DNA of 64,000 nucleotides from Candidatus Latescibacterota bacterium. GTDB lineage: Bacteria; Latescibacterota; UBA2968. Position 1 is the first letter of the stretch, and each line of letters opens with the position of its first letter. Positions 30,286 to 40,780 of this stretch are shown piece after piece. The stretch covers positions 1,792,001 to 1,856,000 of the forward strand of contig OZ241986.1 in the NCBI GenBank assembly GCA_965204375.1, written 5' to 3'. The notes under the pieces were generated by a model. The model searched no databases. It was given only the letters and a program-made list of their open reading frames with translations, and was not told where the DNA came from. A program made the translations under genes and the position numbers.

Positions 30286-31131
30286 TCAATCATCAGAACC
30301 TCCGCGTTCTGGCAACCGCTCTGCCACAAAACCCAATTCTTCTTTAATCCGACTCACATCGTAAACACTATCGTATTCATGCCCGGGCCGTTCAAAATGC
30401 GACAGATCCACCTCGTCGCCCCACCAGGCGCGAAAAATCTCCGCCACGGGGACGGCAACCCACGCCTTTGGACCCGCGGCATTCATGATGCGAACCCCAG
30501 GTTTGTGCGGTGATTCTGCAGACAGCGTGAATACACGAACTGCATCTGGCAAATCCATAATGGTCATGCTACCCAGACCCCACTGTCGCGTCGGAGAAAT
30601 ATCGCGCAAAGGCGGCAAGCCAGCGTGCGGCACTGAAGACAGACGCAAATTAATCACATCGATATCGCCATTTTGCCGCGCATAGAACTTTGTGATCTCC
30701 TCCATCAAAAATTTTGACAAACCATACCCATTGAGATCCAGACATGGGTGTTCATCGGGAATCGGCAATGTCTGTGGACGAAAAGCCGGATTCTGCATCC
30801 CAACCGCTGCGATCGAACTCGCCATCACAAATTTGCGGCATCCGCGATCCATCAAATAGCGCATCAAACACCGCGTACCCTCTACATTGACAATCAGCGC
30901 GTCGCGCTCCGAACAACCACCGGTCACAGCCGCGAGATGAATCACCACATCAATCGCCTCATCATTGAGCTGTTGCAAATCTTCAAAAGAGCCAAACTCG
31001 CCGTTCACATAGGGCAAATCCAACTCTGGATTTTTTCGACTCATACAAATCACCCTGTGCTCTTTCGCCATCGAGACCGACAGTGCCCGACCGATAAAAC
31101 CACTCGCTCCAGTAATCAGTACTGTACTCAC
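30286..31131 (-). CDS. NAD-dependent epimerase/dehydratase
   Basis: LITGASGFIG, HLAA, ASSIAAVG, YGLSK. Confidence 0.9.
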   Translation of the reverse strand: MSTVLITGASGFIGRALSVSMAKEHRVICMSRKNPELDLPYVNGEFGSFEDLQQLNDEAIDVVIHLAAVTGGCSERDALIVNVEGTRCLMRYLMDRGCRKFVMASSIAAVGMQNPAFRPQTLPIPDEHPCLDLNGYGLSKFLMEEITKFYARQNGDIDVINLRLSSVPHAGLPPLRDISPTRQWGLGSMTIMDLPDAVRVFTLSAESPHKPGVRIMNAAGPKAWVAVPVAEIFRAWWGDEVDLSHFERPGHEYDSVYDVSRIKEELGFVAERLPERGGSDD

Positions 31132-31144
31132 AATCCCTCCTCAT

Positions 31145-32377
31145 TTAATCGCTAAAAATATCACTCGCCCCACTCAAAACATCTGCGATAACCTCCCCCT
31201 CTTTCATCACCATCTTCACCTGCCGCAAGCAGGCAATATCTTCAAGTGGATTGCCGTCCAATACAATCACATCTGCGAACATCCCAATGCCAAGATGTCC
31301 AACGCAATCCGCCATGCCCAACATTTCAGCCGTATTCGTCGTTACCGCCTTCAGCGCATCCACTTCTGACACACCCAGCCCAACGAGTTCTTTTGCCTCG
31401 CGCCAGAGCGTCGCATGCGTGCTATCGGTCCCCAAACACACTTTCACACCCGCCCGCACGGCTTCGGGAAGATATTTTGCCGTCAAATCGCGCGCGCGTT
31501 CCACCCGCTCGCGCCACCAATCCCACGCCCACGTATCAAAAGACGCAAAACCCACTTCATCGTCGAAAAACAGTTGCAAATTTGGATCGCTCAAATACGC
31601 GCCCGATTTTACAAATAAAGCCACATCATCTTCGGTCAGCAAATTGGCGTGTTCAATACTATCGATCCCCGCTTCCATTGCCCAGCGCATTGCTGGCCCA
31701 CCAATCGCGTGTGCGGCCACCGGAATTCCCAGATCGTGTGAAACAGCAATCGCCGCATCAATTTCCCGCCTCGAATACGCCGCCACATCTGTCAAATCGC
31801 CTCGAATATAGTCCTGATACGAATCGCCCTGCCGCACATTGGTAATAAATAACTTGGTCCAATCTGCCCCCTGAGAAAAATTCTCTCTGATTTTTAATGC
31901 CAGATCTTCTTCTCCATCCGCGGGAAAACACAAAAAAGGCGCGGTCCCATGACTCGGCCTCAATGCCCGCACACACACCTTCAACCTGGGCCCCACGGCT
32001 TCGCCGCGATCAATCGCACCCTGAAAAGCCTTCTCAACACCCGGACGATCTCCCAGAGTGCGCATGGTCGTCACGCCCGTGTTCAAATCACTTCGCAAAT
32101 TCATCGCACCGCGCAACACAGCCGTTGTCGCATCCAGATCGAAATGCGCGCTCAAAGGCAATTTGAACCGATTGTTAATCGTAATATGCACATGGGAATC
32201 AATCAACGCTGGCATCACAGTATATGACGAGCAATCCACCACATCGGCGTCTAAAGGCACATCTACTTCAGTTCCGACATCAACCACGCGTCCCTTGTTC
32301 ACCACGACCATCCCCTGCGGAACGGGTACACAATCGGGATGAACAATTAACAATTTGGATTTAATCACTTTTGACAT
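31145..32377 (-). CDS. Amidohydrolase family protein (prolidase-like subgroup)
   Basis: PALIDSHVH, GADWTKL, AAHAIG, SIEHA, LGTDS, ADVIVLDGNPL. Confidence 0.88.
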   Translation of the reverse strand: MSKVIKSKLLIVHPDCVPVPQGMVVVNKGRVVDVGTEVDVPLDADVVDCSSYTVMPALIDSHVHITINNRFKLPLSAHFDLDATTAVLRGAMNLRSDLNTGVTTMRTLGDRPGVEKAFQGAIDRGEAVGPRLKVCVRALRPSHGTAPFLCFPADGEEDLALKIRENFSQGADWTKLFITNVRQGDSYQDYIRGDLTDVAAYSRREIDAAIAVSHDLGIPVAAHAIGGPAMRWAMEAGIDSIEHANLLTEDDVALFVKSGAYLSDPNLQLFFDDEVGFASFDTWAWDWWRERVERARDLTAKYLPEAVRAGVKVCLGTDSTHATLWREAKELVGLGVSEVDALKAVTTNTAEMLGMADCVGHLGIGMFADVIVLDGNPLEDIACLRQVKMVMKEGEVIADVLSGASDIFSD

Positions 32378-32445
32378 ACTTATTTTGTTTGTATAATGTA
32401 GGTGGAACAACAAACACCGTCATCTTGATCACCGGAGATCTATTC

Positions 32446-33705
32446 ATGCAATTTGGCATCTTTTACGAACACCAGATTCCCCGTCCATGGGCAGAAGGCG
32501 AAGAACACCAGCTTTTCAAAGACGCGCTCGAACAAGTCGAAGTCGCCGACCGGATCGGCATTGAATATGTTTGGGAAGTTGAACATCACTTTTTGGAAGA
32601 ATACTCCCACTCCTCAGCCCCCGAAGTCTTTCTCGCCGCATGTAGCCAACGCTCGAAAAATATCCGCCTGGGACACGGCATTGTACTCATGCCTCCCAAT
32701 TACAACCATCCGGCTCGCGTTGCCGAACGCATCGCAACCCTCGACCTGATCAGCGACGGGCGCGTTGAATGGGGCACAGGCGAATCGGCCTCCCGCGCAG
32801 AACTCGAGGGATTCAACGTGCCGCCCGGAGAAAAAAAAGCAATGTGGGCGGAAACCGTCCGGGAAACCGCCAAAATGCTCGCATCGGATCCGTATCCCGG
32901 ATATGACGGCGAATTTTTCTCAATGCCCGAACGCAACATCTTGCCCAAACCCCTGCAAAAACCCCATCCACCGCTGTGGGTCGCCTGCTCCAACCGCGAA
33001 AGCATTCGCTGGGCGGGAAAACACGGCATTGGCGCGCTCACCTTTGCCTTTATCGAACCCGAAGACGCCAAATACTGGGTTGACGAATACTACACCGCAT
33101 TTGAAAACGAATGTGAACCTCTCGGACAAGCTGTCAACCCCACCATCGCCATGGTCGCTGGATTTATGTGTCACGAAAACGGAGAAAAAGCGCGCGCACA
33201 GGGCCTCGAAGGATTCCAATTTTTCGGCTATGCACTCTCCCATTACTACCGCCACGGGACTCACATCCCCGGCAAATTTGACATCTGGGCAGATTTCCAG
33301 CAAAACAAACCCGAACGGAAAAAAGGTTCGGGATCAGGCTGCATTGGCTCCCCGGACGAAATACGCGCGCACCTCGAATCAATGGAAGAAATCGGCGTCG
33401 ATCAGGTCGTCTTCCTGCAGCAAGCCGGCAACAACAGACACGATCATATATGCGAATCGCTCGAATGTTTCGCTCAAAATGTATTGCCCGACTTCAAAGC
33501 GCGACACGAAATATACGCCGCACAAAAAGCAGAACGACTCGGCCCCGCCATCGAAAAAGCACTTTCTAAAATTCCACCAATTGACAAACCCAAATCCACA
33601 CCCTTCGAAGCCTATCCGCTCTTAAAATCACCCGACGAAAAGCAAGAAGACCTCGAAATTGTGGAATCTGTTGCAGGAAAGAAGATAAAAGAAGACAGCG
33701 AATAG
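32446..33705 (+). CDS. LLM-class flavin-dependent oxidoreductase
   Basis: MQFGIFYEHQ, WEVEHHFLEEYSHS, HPARVAERIATLD, PKPLQKPHPPLWVA. ATG at 32446 after GGAG. Confidence 0.92.
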   Translation: MQFGIFYEHQIPRPWAEGEEHQLFKDALEQVEVADRIGIEYVWEVEHHFLEEYSHSSAPEVFLAACSQRSKNIRLGHGIVLMPPNYNHPARVAERIATLDLISDGRVEWGTGESASRAELEGFNVPPGEKKAMWAETVRETAKMLASDPYPGYDGEFFSMPERNILPKPLQKPHPPLWVACSNRESIRWAGKHGIGALTFAFIEPEDAKYWVDEYYTAFENECEPLGQAVNPTIAMVAGFMCHENGEKARAQGLEGFQFFGYALSHYYRHGTHIPGKFDIWADFQQNKPERKKGSGSGCIGSPDEIRAHLESMEEIGVDQVVFLQQAGNNRHDHICESLECFAQNVLPDFKARHEIYAAQKAERLGPAIEKALSKIPPIDKPKSTPFEAYPLLKSPDEKQEDLEIVESVAGKKIKEDSE

Positions 33706-33834
33706 ACGAATCTACGAATCTGCGAATCAACGAACCCCGCCCATCCTCCCAAAATCAGGGTGTATTGCCATTCGTCTATGAACTGGTCTGGAAAACGACC
33801 AGTTTTACCCCGTTCCGTCTATTCGTCCAATCGC
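33698..33834. repeat. Octamer-armed element between convergent genes
   Basis: CGAATAGA CGAATCTA CGAATCTG CGAATCAA CGAA on the plus strand. Inverted octamers at the other gene end (CGATTGGA CGAATAGA CGGAACGG on minus). Internal hairpin at 33781-33804. Confidence 0.7.
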
Positions 33835-35022
33835 CTCGCGCACTGCTTCTATCGTATCTTCAATATCCGCTTCCGTATGTGCCAGAGAGAGAAACATCGG
33901 ATGCGAGGGATGTAAGTAATACCCCTGTGCAAGACATCCCCGCAACATCTTCATGCAGCGATCGCGGTCAGAATCGTCTATCGCGGGACGCGGCATTGGC
34001 CCGACGCCAATGAGATGATAACTCAGTCCCTCTGCTTTGCAAACAGCGTTGATGCCTTCGATCAATCGATTCCCAATCTTCCATTGATAGGCAATCCCAT
34101 TCCGCCTCTGCAGTTCCCCTATCACGACCTCCATTGCCGTCAAACTGAGCGGATCTCCGTGCGCGGTACCTGTCATCCACACCGACTGGCATGCTTTTGA
34201 TCCCAGAATCTCGCGCTTCCCGGCAATAAAACTCCCGGCATACCCATTGCAACAGGCTTTGCCAAACGTCGCAATATCGGGTACAACCCCATAATATTCA
34301 CCTGCGCCGCCCATCGCCACGCGAAAACCCACCTTTGTCTCGTCAAACACGCAGACTGCGCCGTGTGCATGTGCCAGATCCACACACCCTTGCAAAAACC
34401 CATCCGGCGGCCCGCTCCCTTGAATCGTCTCCACCACCACACACGCCACCTGATTGTCATACTTCTTCAAACGCGATTCCAGAGCGTCTAAATCGCCGTA
34501 GGAAACCGCACAGGTCAACTCGCTGACGGATTTCGGGACACCCTCATCGTCCGGACGCGCCCAATCGTGCCAGCCGTGATACCCACACATAATCACTCTA
34601 TCGCGCCCCGTATATACCCGCGACAGGCGCACCGCACTGGAAGTCGCTGCACTGCCCCCAATAAAAAAACCCACCATCTCTGCACACGGAATCACCTCGA
34701 TGAGCAATTCTGCAACCGCCAACTCCCTGGGATGTGCCAGACTGTACACCGTGCCATTCGCCACCTGCTCGTGTATTGCACGGCACACAGCAGGATCATC
34801 ATACCCCAGAACAATCGGCCCGAAACCCATTACATAATCCAAAAACTCATTGCCATCCACATCCCAAAACCGCGCCCCTGCCGCACGCTGTACAAATGCG
34901 GGGTAGTCCATATCGACCTGACCAAAAATATTCTTATGCGGAATGTATCCGCGCACCAGAACATCGCCATAGCGATTCAACAGAGCCTTTGATTTTGCAA
35001 TCGTATAATTCTTTTTTGACAT
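33805..35022 (-). CDS. Class III PLP aminotransferase (GSA-aminomutase-like paralog)
   Basis: WDVDGNEFLDY, GYHGWHDW, VFDETKVGFR, DIATFGKA. Confidence 0.88.
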   Translation of the reverse strand: MSKKNYTIAKSKALLNRYGDVLVRGYIPHKNIFGQVDMDYPAFVQRAAGARFWDVDGNEFLDYVMGFGPIVLGYDDPAVCRAIHEQVANGTVYSLAHPRELAVAELLIEVIPCAEMVGFFIGGSAATSSAVRLSRVYTGRDRVIMCGYHGWHDWARPDDEGVPKSVSELTCAVSYGDLDALESRLKKYDNQVACVVVETIQGSGPPDGFLQGCVDLAHAHGAVCVFDETKVGFRVAMGGAGEYYGVVPDIATFGKACCNGYAGSFIAGKREILGSKACQSVWMTGTAHGDPLSLTAMEVVIGELQRRNGIAYQWKIGNRLIEGINAVCKAEGLSYHLIGVGPMPRPAIDDSDRDRCMKMLRGCLAQGYYLHPSHPMFLSLAHTEADIEDTIEAVREAIGRIDGTG

Positions 35023-35200
35023 TTCGACCTCCTCCGCGCGTAAATTGAACCTCTTTTTTAACAAACAACCTTCTCACACAGACACAAGCACAAAATAGAC
35101 TGCTTCCACGCTCCTATTGTACTTGCCCCCCGTCTTTTCTTGTCTTATCCTATTTTCGAACTGCGACCAGTTGCGTCTCTCACTTCTCACAGGATAATTT

Positions 35201-36235
35201 ATGCCGCGCGAACTCATTGCAGACCGGCCGGGACACACGACATTGCGAGAATACGACGAAGAGCCCCTCAAACGCGATCAAGTGCGCGCAAAAAGCTCGT
35301 TTTCAGCAGTAAAACACGGCACGGAGTTCCGGGGTTTCCAGGCCAACACGCTCGATGCGTCCGATGTTTTTAGCTGGGAATGGCGCATGCACATGCGCGG
35401 ACAAAAACAGAAAGAGGCGTTTCCAAAACGGCTGGGCAATATGTACGTCGCCGAAGTGACAGACGTGGGACAAGACGTATCAAATATTCGGGTGGGAGAT
35501 CGGATTTTTGGTCATGGTCCCGTTCGAGAGACGCATACACTCTCGGCGGACCGCGTAGAAAAAGCACCGGATGAAGTCTCGTGGCAGGCTCTAATGGCTA
35601 CAGACCCCGCAGGCGTTGCCCTCGGCGGCGTCAGAGATGCCAATATTCGCATTGGGGATCGCGTCGCGGTCTTTGGCCTGGGAGCAATTGGACTAATGAC
35701 CGTACAACTCGCCCGCATCGCAGGCGCGCGCTGGGTTGCGGCAATTGACCCCATAGAAAAGCGATGCTTGATTTCCGAAGCCTACGGTGCAGACACCGTC
35801 CTGGACCCGCGCGAAGCTGATGTGGGCCTGGTCATTAAACAAGCCACCGCAAAACTCGGCGTCGATGTATCCATGGAAACCAGTGGATCGTCCGCCGCAA
35901 TGACCGATGCACTGCGCTCAACGCGCTATCAGGGCACGGTTGTATCCACGGCATATTACAATGCCCCCATGCAAAACCTGCATTTAACCGGTGAATGGCA
36001 TCGCAATCGGATTCAGATTATATCCGTGAGATCCGACAGCGAACCCTGGATGGATTACGGATGGGACAAAAAGCGCGGAAATAAAGAAGCCTACGACCTG
36101 CTCGTTGAAGGCCGTCTAAACGCCGAGGGCTTAATCGATCCCATCGTGCCATTTAATCGCGTTGCCGAAGCCTATATGCAAATGAATGAACACCCGGAAA
36201 CGGGCATCAAACTCGGTGTGGATCATTCCCTTTAA
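35201..36235 (+). CDS. Medium-chain dehydrogenase (YcjQ-like)
   Basis: KHGTE, VAVFGLGAIG, DVSMETSG. Confidence 0.85.
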   Translation: MPRELIADRPGHTTLREYDEEPLKRDQVRAKSSFSAVKHGTEFRGFQANTLDASDVFSWEWRMHMRGQKQKEAFPKRLGNMYVAEVTDVGQDVSNIRVGDRIFGHGPVRETHTLSADRVEKAPDEVSWQALMATDPAGVALGGVRDANIRIGDRVAVFGLGAIGLMTVQLARIAGARWVAAIDPIEKRCLISEAYGADTVLDPREADVGLVIKQATAKLGVDVSMETSGSSAAMTDALRSTRYQGTVVSTAYYNAPMQNLHLTGEWHRNRIQIISVRSDSEPWMDYGWDKKRGNKEAYDLLVEGRLNAEGLIDPIVPFNRVAEAYMQMNEHPETGIKLGVDHSL

Positions 36236-38724
36236 TGGGTGATCTCACCACTTTAGTCATGCAAAAAATTCAAACCATAGCGATATGTCTATCCATCTTG
36301 TTGACCACCGCGAACCTGCTGGCGAGTGAGGGCACAGTGCAGCAAGTTTCGGGAGACCTTGTTTACGTCACGGGCATGAACGGTTTGGCTCCGCTCTGGT
36401 CAAATCTCACAGTGCAGAATGGACAGGACACAGGCGCGGAACTCGAAGTCATCAAAGAATTGCCAGAACTGGTCGTAACGAGAATCGTAGAGGCCAATGG
36501 AACAGCGGTGAATACCGGTGATGTGGTCGCACTGAGTAGTACACAATCACATGCGCCAGCGCGGAAATCCAGGCGAACTGTTTACGCCACCCGCGTTGAC
36601 AAAAATCCAACTGTAGATGGCGTACTGGACGACGCCATATGGTCGCAGGCGACGCCGATCAGGGGCTTTGTCCAGCGCGATCCAAACTACTGGATGCCGA
36701 GTCCCGAACAAACGGTCGTGCGAATTATCTACACGGACAAAAGCATCTACTTTGGTTTTGAATGCCTCGTCCCGGACTCCTCTCAATTAATCGCAAATAA
36801 CATGCGACGAGATTCCGAAATCCGCGGCGATGACAATATTCAAATCCTGCTCGACACGTACAATGATCGACAAAATGGCTTCTTTTTCTCTGTCAATCCC
36901 CTTGGGGCGCAAAGCGACTTAATGCTCTCCAACGAGGGGCGAACCTATAACCGCGATTGGGATTGCAATTGGGTTGCACGCACCAAACACTATCCCGACC
37001 GATGGACAGTCGAAATCGAAATTCCGTTTAGCCAATTGCGGTTTAAGCAAGCAGACGACGTCACATGGGGCATCAACCTCGCGCGTTATCTTGCCCGAAA
37101 AAATCTGGCGACCCAACTCGTCGTCGGTCTGCAAAGTTCCTCATCTACAGAGCGGTATCGCATGGCGGACATCGGCGAACTCCACGGCCTCCAACACATT
37201 CGCGCCAGACGCCCTATTTACCTCAAACCCTATGCTTTGCCGGGCACGACCATCGACGACCAGGCAACCAGCCCCTCTGAAAGCCGCACCTTTGAAACGG
37301 GCCTTGATCTGCGCTATGGCATCACGTCAAATATCTCGCTCGACTTATCGTACAACACGGATTTCGCACAGGTAGAAGGCGACCAGGAACAAACCAACCT
37401 GACGCAGTTCCGCCTCTTCTTCCCCGAAAAACGCGAGTTCTTCCTCGAAGGGGCCAACCTCTTCCAATTTGGCGAACAATCGCGAGTAACCGGCAGCGGT
37501 ACCAGACCGCCCACCCTCCTCTTTTACACCAGACGCATCGGCCTTGAAAAAGGCAAAAAAATCCCGATTATCGTGGGTTCAAAAATCGCCGGAAAAGAAG
37601 GGCGAACCAGTATTGGCGGCCTCAATGTGCTGACCGATGCAGCATTATTTGCAGAAGATGGCGATACAGTCCAGGTACACCGCACCAACTACTCGGTAAT
37701 CAGAATAAGACGCGACGTATTCGCGCGGTCAAACTTCGGTTTCATCATGGTCAACAAACAAATTGATGACCCTCACAAGGGATGGAACCAGTACAACCGC
37801 GCGGGCGGCATTGATTTCAACTATTCCCCAACTACAAACCTGAATTTCCAGGCCTTTGTAGCGCGAACATGGGATTCACAGGTTGAAAACGCAGACGATG
37901 CGCGATTTGTCTCTATGAACTATCGCGGCACCAAGTATTGGGCGCGGCTCAAATTTCTCGATGTCGAGGAACAATTTGAACCCGCCGTGGGATTCATCAA
38001 TCGCAGAAGTGGATTGGAGGGTTTCAGGCGCTATGACCTCTATGCCCGGTACAGACCCAGGCCGAAATTCGCCAATATTCGCTACATGTCTATCGGTCCC
38101 GAAGCGCAAATCTTTACGGACCAAAACAACAATGTGAAATACTGGACAGCCGAACTCTCGACATTTACCATCTTCAATACCGGCGACTACTGGCGGTTCG
38201 AATTAAAGCGCACGCACGACGTGGTCGATGAGGCATTCGAGCCATCCGCACGCCGCAAAGATGTGAGCATTCCCGCCGGAAAATATACCTTCACGACATT
38301 TGTCACGGGACCGCGTCCCAGCCGAGCCAGAAAACTGCGGCCCGGCATTGTTCTCGAGGTCGGCACGTACTATACGGGAAGACGCTATACCATACGCTCG
38401 GAAAGCTCTTTTCGCCCCTCTGGCCGACTGTCTTATGAAGCGGAATATCAGGGCGACTGGGTCCGACTTCCGCAGGGTAACTTTAACATCCACACACTCA
38501 GCAATCGCCTGCAGTACTCCTTTTCCACAGACTTTTTTGTCAAACTCTTTGTGCAGTGGAACAACGACAAAGAGTTCGCAAGCGCGAATTTTCTTCTCAA
38601 CTACCGATATCGCCCCGGCAGCGACATCTTTCTCGTCTTCGACAGCGCTTATGGCACCGACCCGACTTTAACCCGGCGAAACCGCTCGGTACTTCTCAAA
38701 CTCTCCTATCTCCTGGGTCTGTGA
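36235..38724 (+). CDS. CBM9-like + DUF5916 outer-membrane protein
   Basis: PTVDGVLDDAIW, WTVEIEIPFSQLRF, NTDFAQVEGD, LFFPEKREFFLEG; C-terminal beta-strands ending LKLSYL. Confidence 0.85.
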   Translation: MGDLTTLVMQKIQTIAICLSILLTTANLLASEGTVQQVSGDLVYVTGMNGLAPLWSNLTVQNGQDTGAELEVIKELPELVVTRIVEANGTAVNTGDVVALSSTQSHAPARKSRRTVYATRVDKNPTVDGVLDDAIWSQATPIRGFVQRDPNYWMPSPEQTVVRIIYTDKSIYFGFECLVPDSSQLIANNMRRDSEIRGDDNIQILLDTYNDRQNGFFFSVNPLGAQSDLMLSNEGRTYNRDWDCNWVARTKHYPDRWTVEIEIPFSQLRFKQADDVTWGINLARYLARKNLATQLVVGLQSSSSTERYRMADIGELHGLQHIRARRPIYLKPYALPGTTIDDQATSPSESRTFETGLDLRYGITSNISLDLSYNTDFAQVEGDQEQTNLTQFRLFFPEKREFFLEGANLFQFGEQSRVTGSGTRPPTLLFYTRRIGLEKGKKIPIIVGSKIAGKEGRTSIGGLNVLTDAALFAEDGDTVQVHRTNYSVIRIRRDVFARSNFGFIMVNKQIDDPHKGWNQYNRAGGIDFNYSPTTNLNFQAFVARTWDSQVENADDARFVSMNYRGTKYWARLKFLDVEEQFEPAVGFINRRSGLEGFRRYDLYARYRPRPKFANIRYMSIGPEAQIFTDQNNNVKYWTAELSTFTIFNTGDYWRFELKRTHDVVDEAFEPSARRKDVSIPAGKYTFTTFVTGPRPSRARKLRPGIVLEVGTYYTGRRYTIRSESSFRPSGRLSYEAEYQGDWVRLPQGNFNIHTLSNRLQYSFSTDFFVKLFVQWNNDKEFASANFLLNYRYRPGSDIFLVFDSAYGTDPTLTRRNRSVLLKLSYLLGL

Positions 38725-38729
38725 GGAAT

Positions 38730-39914
38730 CTAATATTCACCTATTCGTCTAACAGCCAGCGCGACGGCCTCGCCTCCGCCAATGCACAGTGAGGCAATGC
38801 CAATGCGCTTGTCGGTGCGTTTCAGAGCGTGAATAAGAGTTACGAGAATGCGCGTGCCGCTCGCCCCAATGGGATGTCCCAGTGCAACAGCACCGCCATT
38901 GACATTGAGTTTTTCCGCCGGGATGCCCAAGTCATGGGCTGCCGCCATTGGAACGCCGGAAAAGGCTTCGTTGATCTCAAACAGATCGATATCCGAGACC
39001 GCAAGGGAGAGCCTGGACAGAAGTTTGGAAATGGCACCGATAGGCGTGAGCGTGAACCACTCCGGCTCCTGTGCGTGTGTGGCATACCCCAAAATCTCAA
39101 CTTCGGGTGCAATACCACAATCTTCTGCTTTTTCGCCTGAAAGGACGATAACAGACGCCGCGCCATCGTTTATACTCGACGCATTGCCGGGCGTCACAGT
39201 GCCGTCTTTTGAAAACGCAGGGCGCAGTTGGCGGAGTTTGCACTCGTCAAATCTCAGGGGTTCTTCATCCTGGTCTATGGTCGTAATAGTCTTGCCAGAA
39301 GATGCTTTTACGGGTACAATCTCGCTGCGAAATCGGCCTTCTTTATCGGCGCGAAGTGCTCTTTTATAACTTCTGATGGCAAAATCATCCTGGTCTGCGC
39401 GTGAAAAATCGTAGCGTTCAGCACACCGGTCACCACATGTGCCCATGTGCAAATCATTGTACACATCCCATAAGCCATCGCGGATCATTGAGTCAACGAG
39501 TTCGCCTGTCCCCAGTCTGTAACCCGTTCGCGCATTTTCGAGAAGATAGGGCGCGCGGCTCATGTTTTCCGTGCCTCCTGCGAGAATCAAGTCGGCATCG
39601 CCACACTGGATAGCCTGCGCGGCGAGCATAACGGATTTGAGGCCCGAACCACAAACTTTATTAATCGTTGTCGCCCCCACCGACGTATCGAGACCCGCGC
39701 CAATAGCAACTTGACGCGCGACATTTTGACCCAGCCCCGCACTGAGCACATTGCCAAAAATTACTTCATCGACTTCATCGCCGATCAGGCCCGCCTGCGC
39801 TATCGAAGCTGCCGCGACCACACTGCCCAATTCAGGTGCAGATACCTCGGCAAAGCCGCCCATAAATCCGCCAATAGCTGTGCGCTTGCTCCCGGCGATA
39901 TAAATGTGTTTCAT
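38730..39914 (-). CDS. Acetyl-CoA C-acetyltransferase (thiolase)
   Basis: NKVCGSG, EINEAF, NGGAVALGHPIGASG, LCIGGGE. The RBS spacing favours ATG 39914. Confidence 0.95.
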   Translation of the reverse strand: MKHIYIAGSKRTAIGGFMGGFAEVSAPELGSVVAAASIAQAGLIGDEVDEVIFGNVLSAGLGQNVARQVAIGAGLDTSVGATTINKVCGSGLKSVMLAAQAIQCGDADLILAGGTENMSRAPYLLENARTGYRLGTGELVDSMIRDGLWDVYNDLHMGTCGDRCAERYDFSRADQDDFAIRSYKRALRADKEGRFRSEIVPVKASSGKTITTIDQDEEPLRFDECKLRQLRPAFSKDGTVTPGNASSINDGAASVIVLSGEKAEDCGIAPEVEILGYATHAQEPEWFTLTPIGAISKLLSRLSLAVSDIDLFEINEAFSGVPMAAAHDLGIPAEKLNVNGGAVALGHPIGASGTRILVTLIHALKRTDKRIGIASLCIGGGEAVALAVRRIGEY

Positions 39915-39988
39915 GGTCATTCCTCCATTTTGTAAGGCTATCCAAGATACATTCAGAACGGGAAATGACGCAAGAAATAAGAGGTAGA

Positions 39989-40339
39989 ATGAAATATTTA
40001 ATCGCCATTGCCCTGTGTAGTATCCTGTGCGCCTCAATCCTCATGATAGCCTGTTCTGCACCCCCCGATGGCCAAACTGTATTTATCGAATCGGGCTGTA
40101 CAAGATGCCATGAAATCAATGGCTCTGGCGGATCTCAAGGACCGCAATTAGAGGGCCTGCAAAGCAAATGGACACCCGAATCACTGGAAGAATTTCTGAC
40201 TGATCCTCCTGCTTACGCAAAAAACGATCCCCGATTGCTGGCGTATCAAAAAAAATACCCAACGCCAATGCCCAGACTTGAAATCGCGCCTGCACGGCGA
40301 AAAATACTCGTCCAATATCTCCTTAAAAGGTATCCATGA
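39989..40339 (+). CDS. Monoheme cytochrome c, probably a lipoprotein
   Basis: Signal peptide ending MIAC, CTRCH heme motif, GPQL, distal Met in TPMP. Confidence 0.85.
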   Translation: MKYLIAIALCSILCASILMIACSAPPDGQTVFIESGCTRCHEINGSGGSQGPQLEGLQSKWTPESLEEFLTDPPAYAKNDPRLLAYQKKYPTPMPRLEIAPARRKILVQYLLKRYP

Positions 40340-40656
40340 GAAATCAGATCGATAAAAAATACGAGCGGATATACAGAGAAGTTGCCAAAATCCCCGAAGG
40401 TACTGTGGCAACTTATGGACAGATTGCCGAGCGGGTTGGGTGTGGACCGCGCGAAGTGGGCAGAGCGCTATCGGAATTGCCGCCGCATACATCCTGTCCC
40501 TGGCATCGGGTCATCAACGCGCGGGGAATGGTATCCATCCGCAGTGGGAATCACACGGCACATCACGACCAGGAAGCCCGCCTTGAACGAGAAGGCATTG
40601 TATTTGTCAATGGCCGCGTCGATCTCGAAATTTACAGGTGGGAGACAGATTTTTAA
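40336..40656 (+). CDS. Alkyltransferase-like protein (ATL, MGMT family)
   Basis: IPEGTVATYGQIA, PREVGRAL and PWHRV (Trp in place of the catalytic Cys). Confidence 0.9.
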   Translation: MRNQIDKKYERIYREVAKIPEGTVATYGQIAERVGCGPREVGRALSELPPHTSCPWHRVINARGMVSIRSGNHTAHHDQEARLEREGIVFVNGRVDLEIYRWETDF

Positions 40657-40700
40657 GGCATGAATGCAATATCACCAGCAAGAGCGTGCAAATTTGTGTA

Positions 40701-40729
40701 TTGACAAGGGTACCCGGTTTTTTTATCAT
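40701..40729 (+). promoter_or_regulatory. Sigma70-type promoter for the HU unit
   Basis: TTGACA-17 bp-TATCAT. Confidence 0.7.
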
Positions 40730-40780
40730 TCACGCGCTTAGGGGAGAAATACGTCTGTAAATAATGAGAAAGGGGATGCA

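Noticed and set aside
32765-33625. Long alternative-frame ORFs (this 286-aa one, 49845-50642, 19891-20655 and similar)
   Set aside because: They lie wholly within well-supported genes and show no recognisable motifs; consistent with codon-bias shadows.
33805-35022. hemL
   Set aside because: GSA-like fold, but divergent motifs (GYHGWHDW, KACCNG) and no tetrapyrrole genes nearby, so a paralog is more likely.
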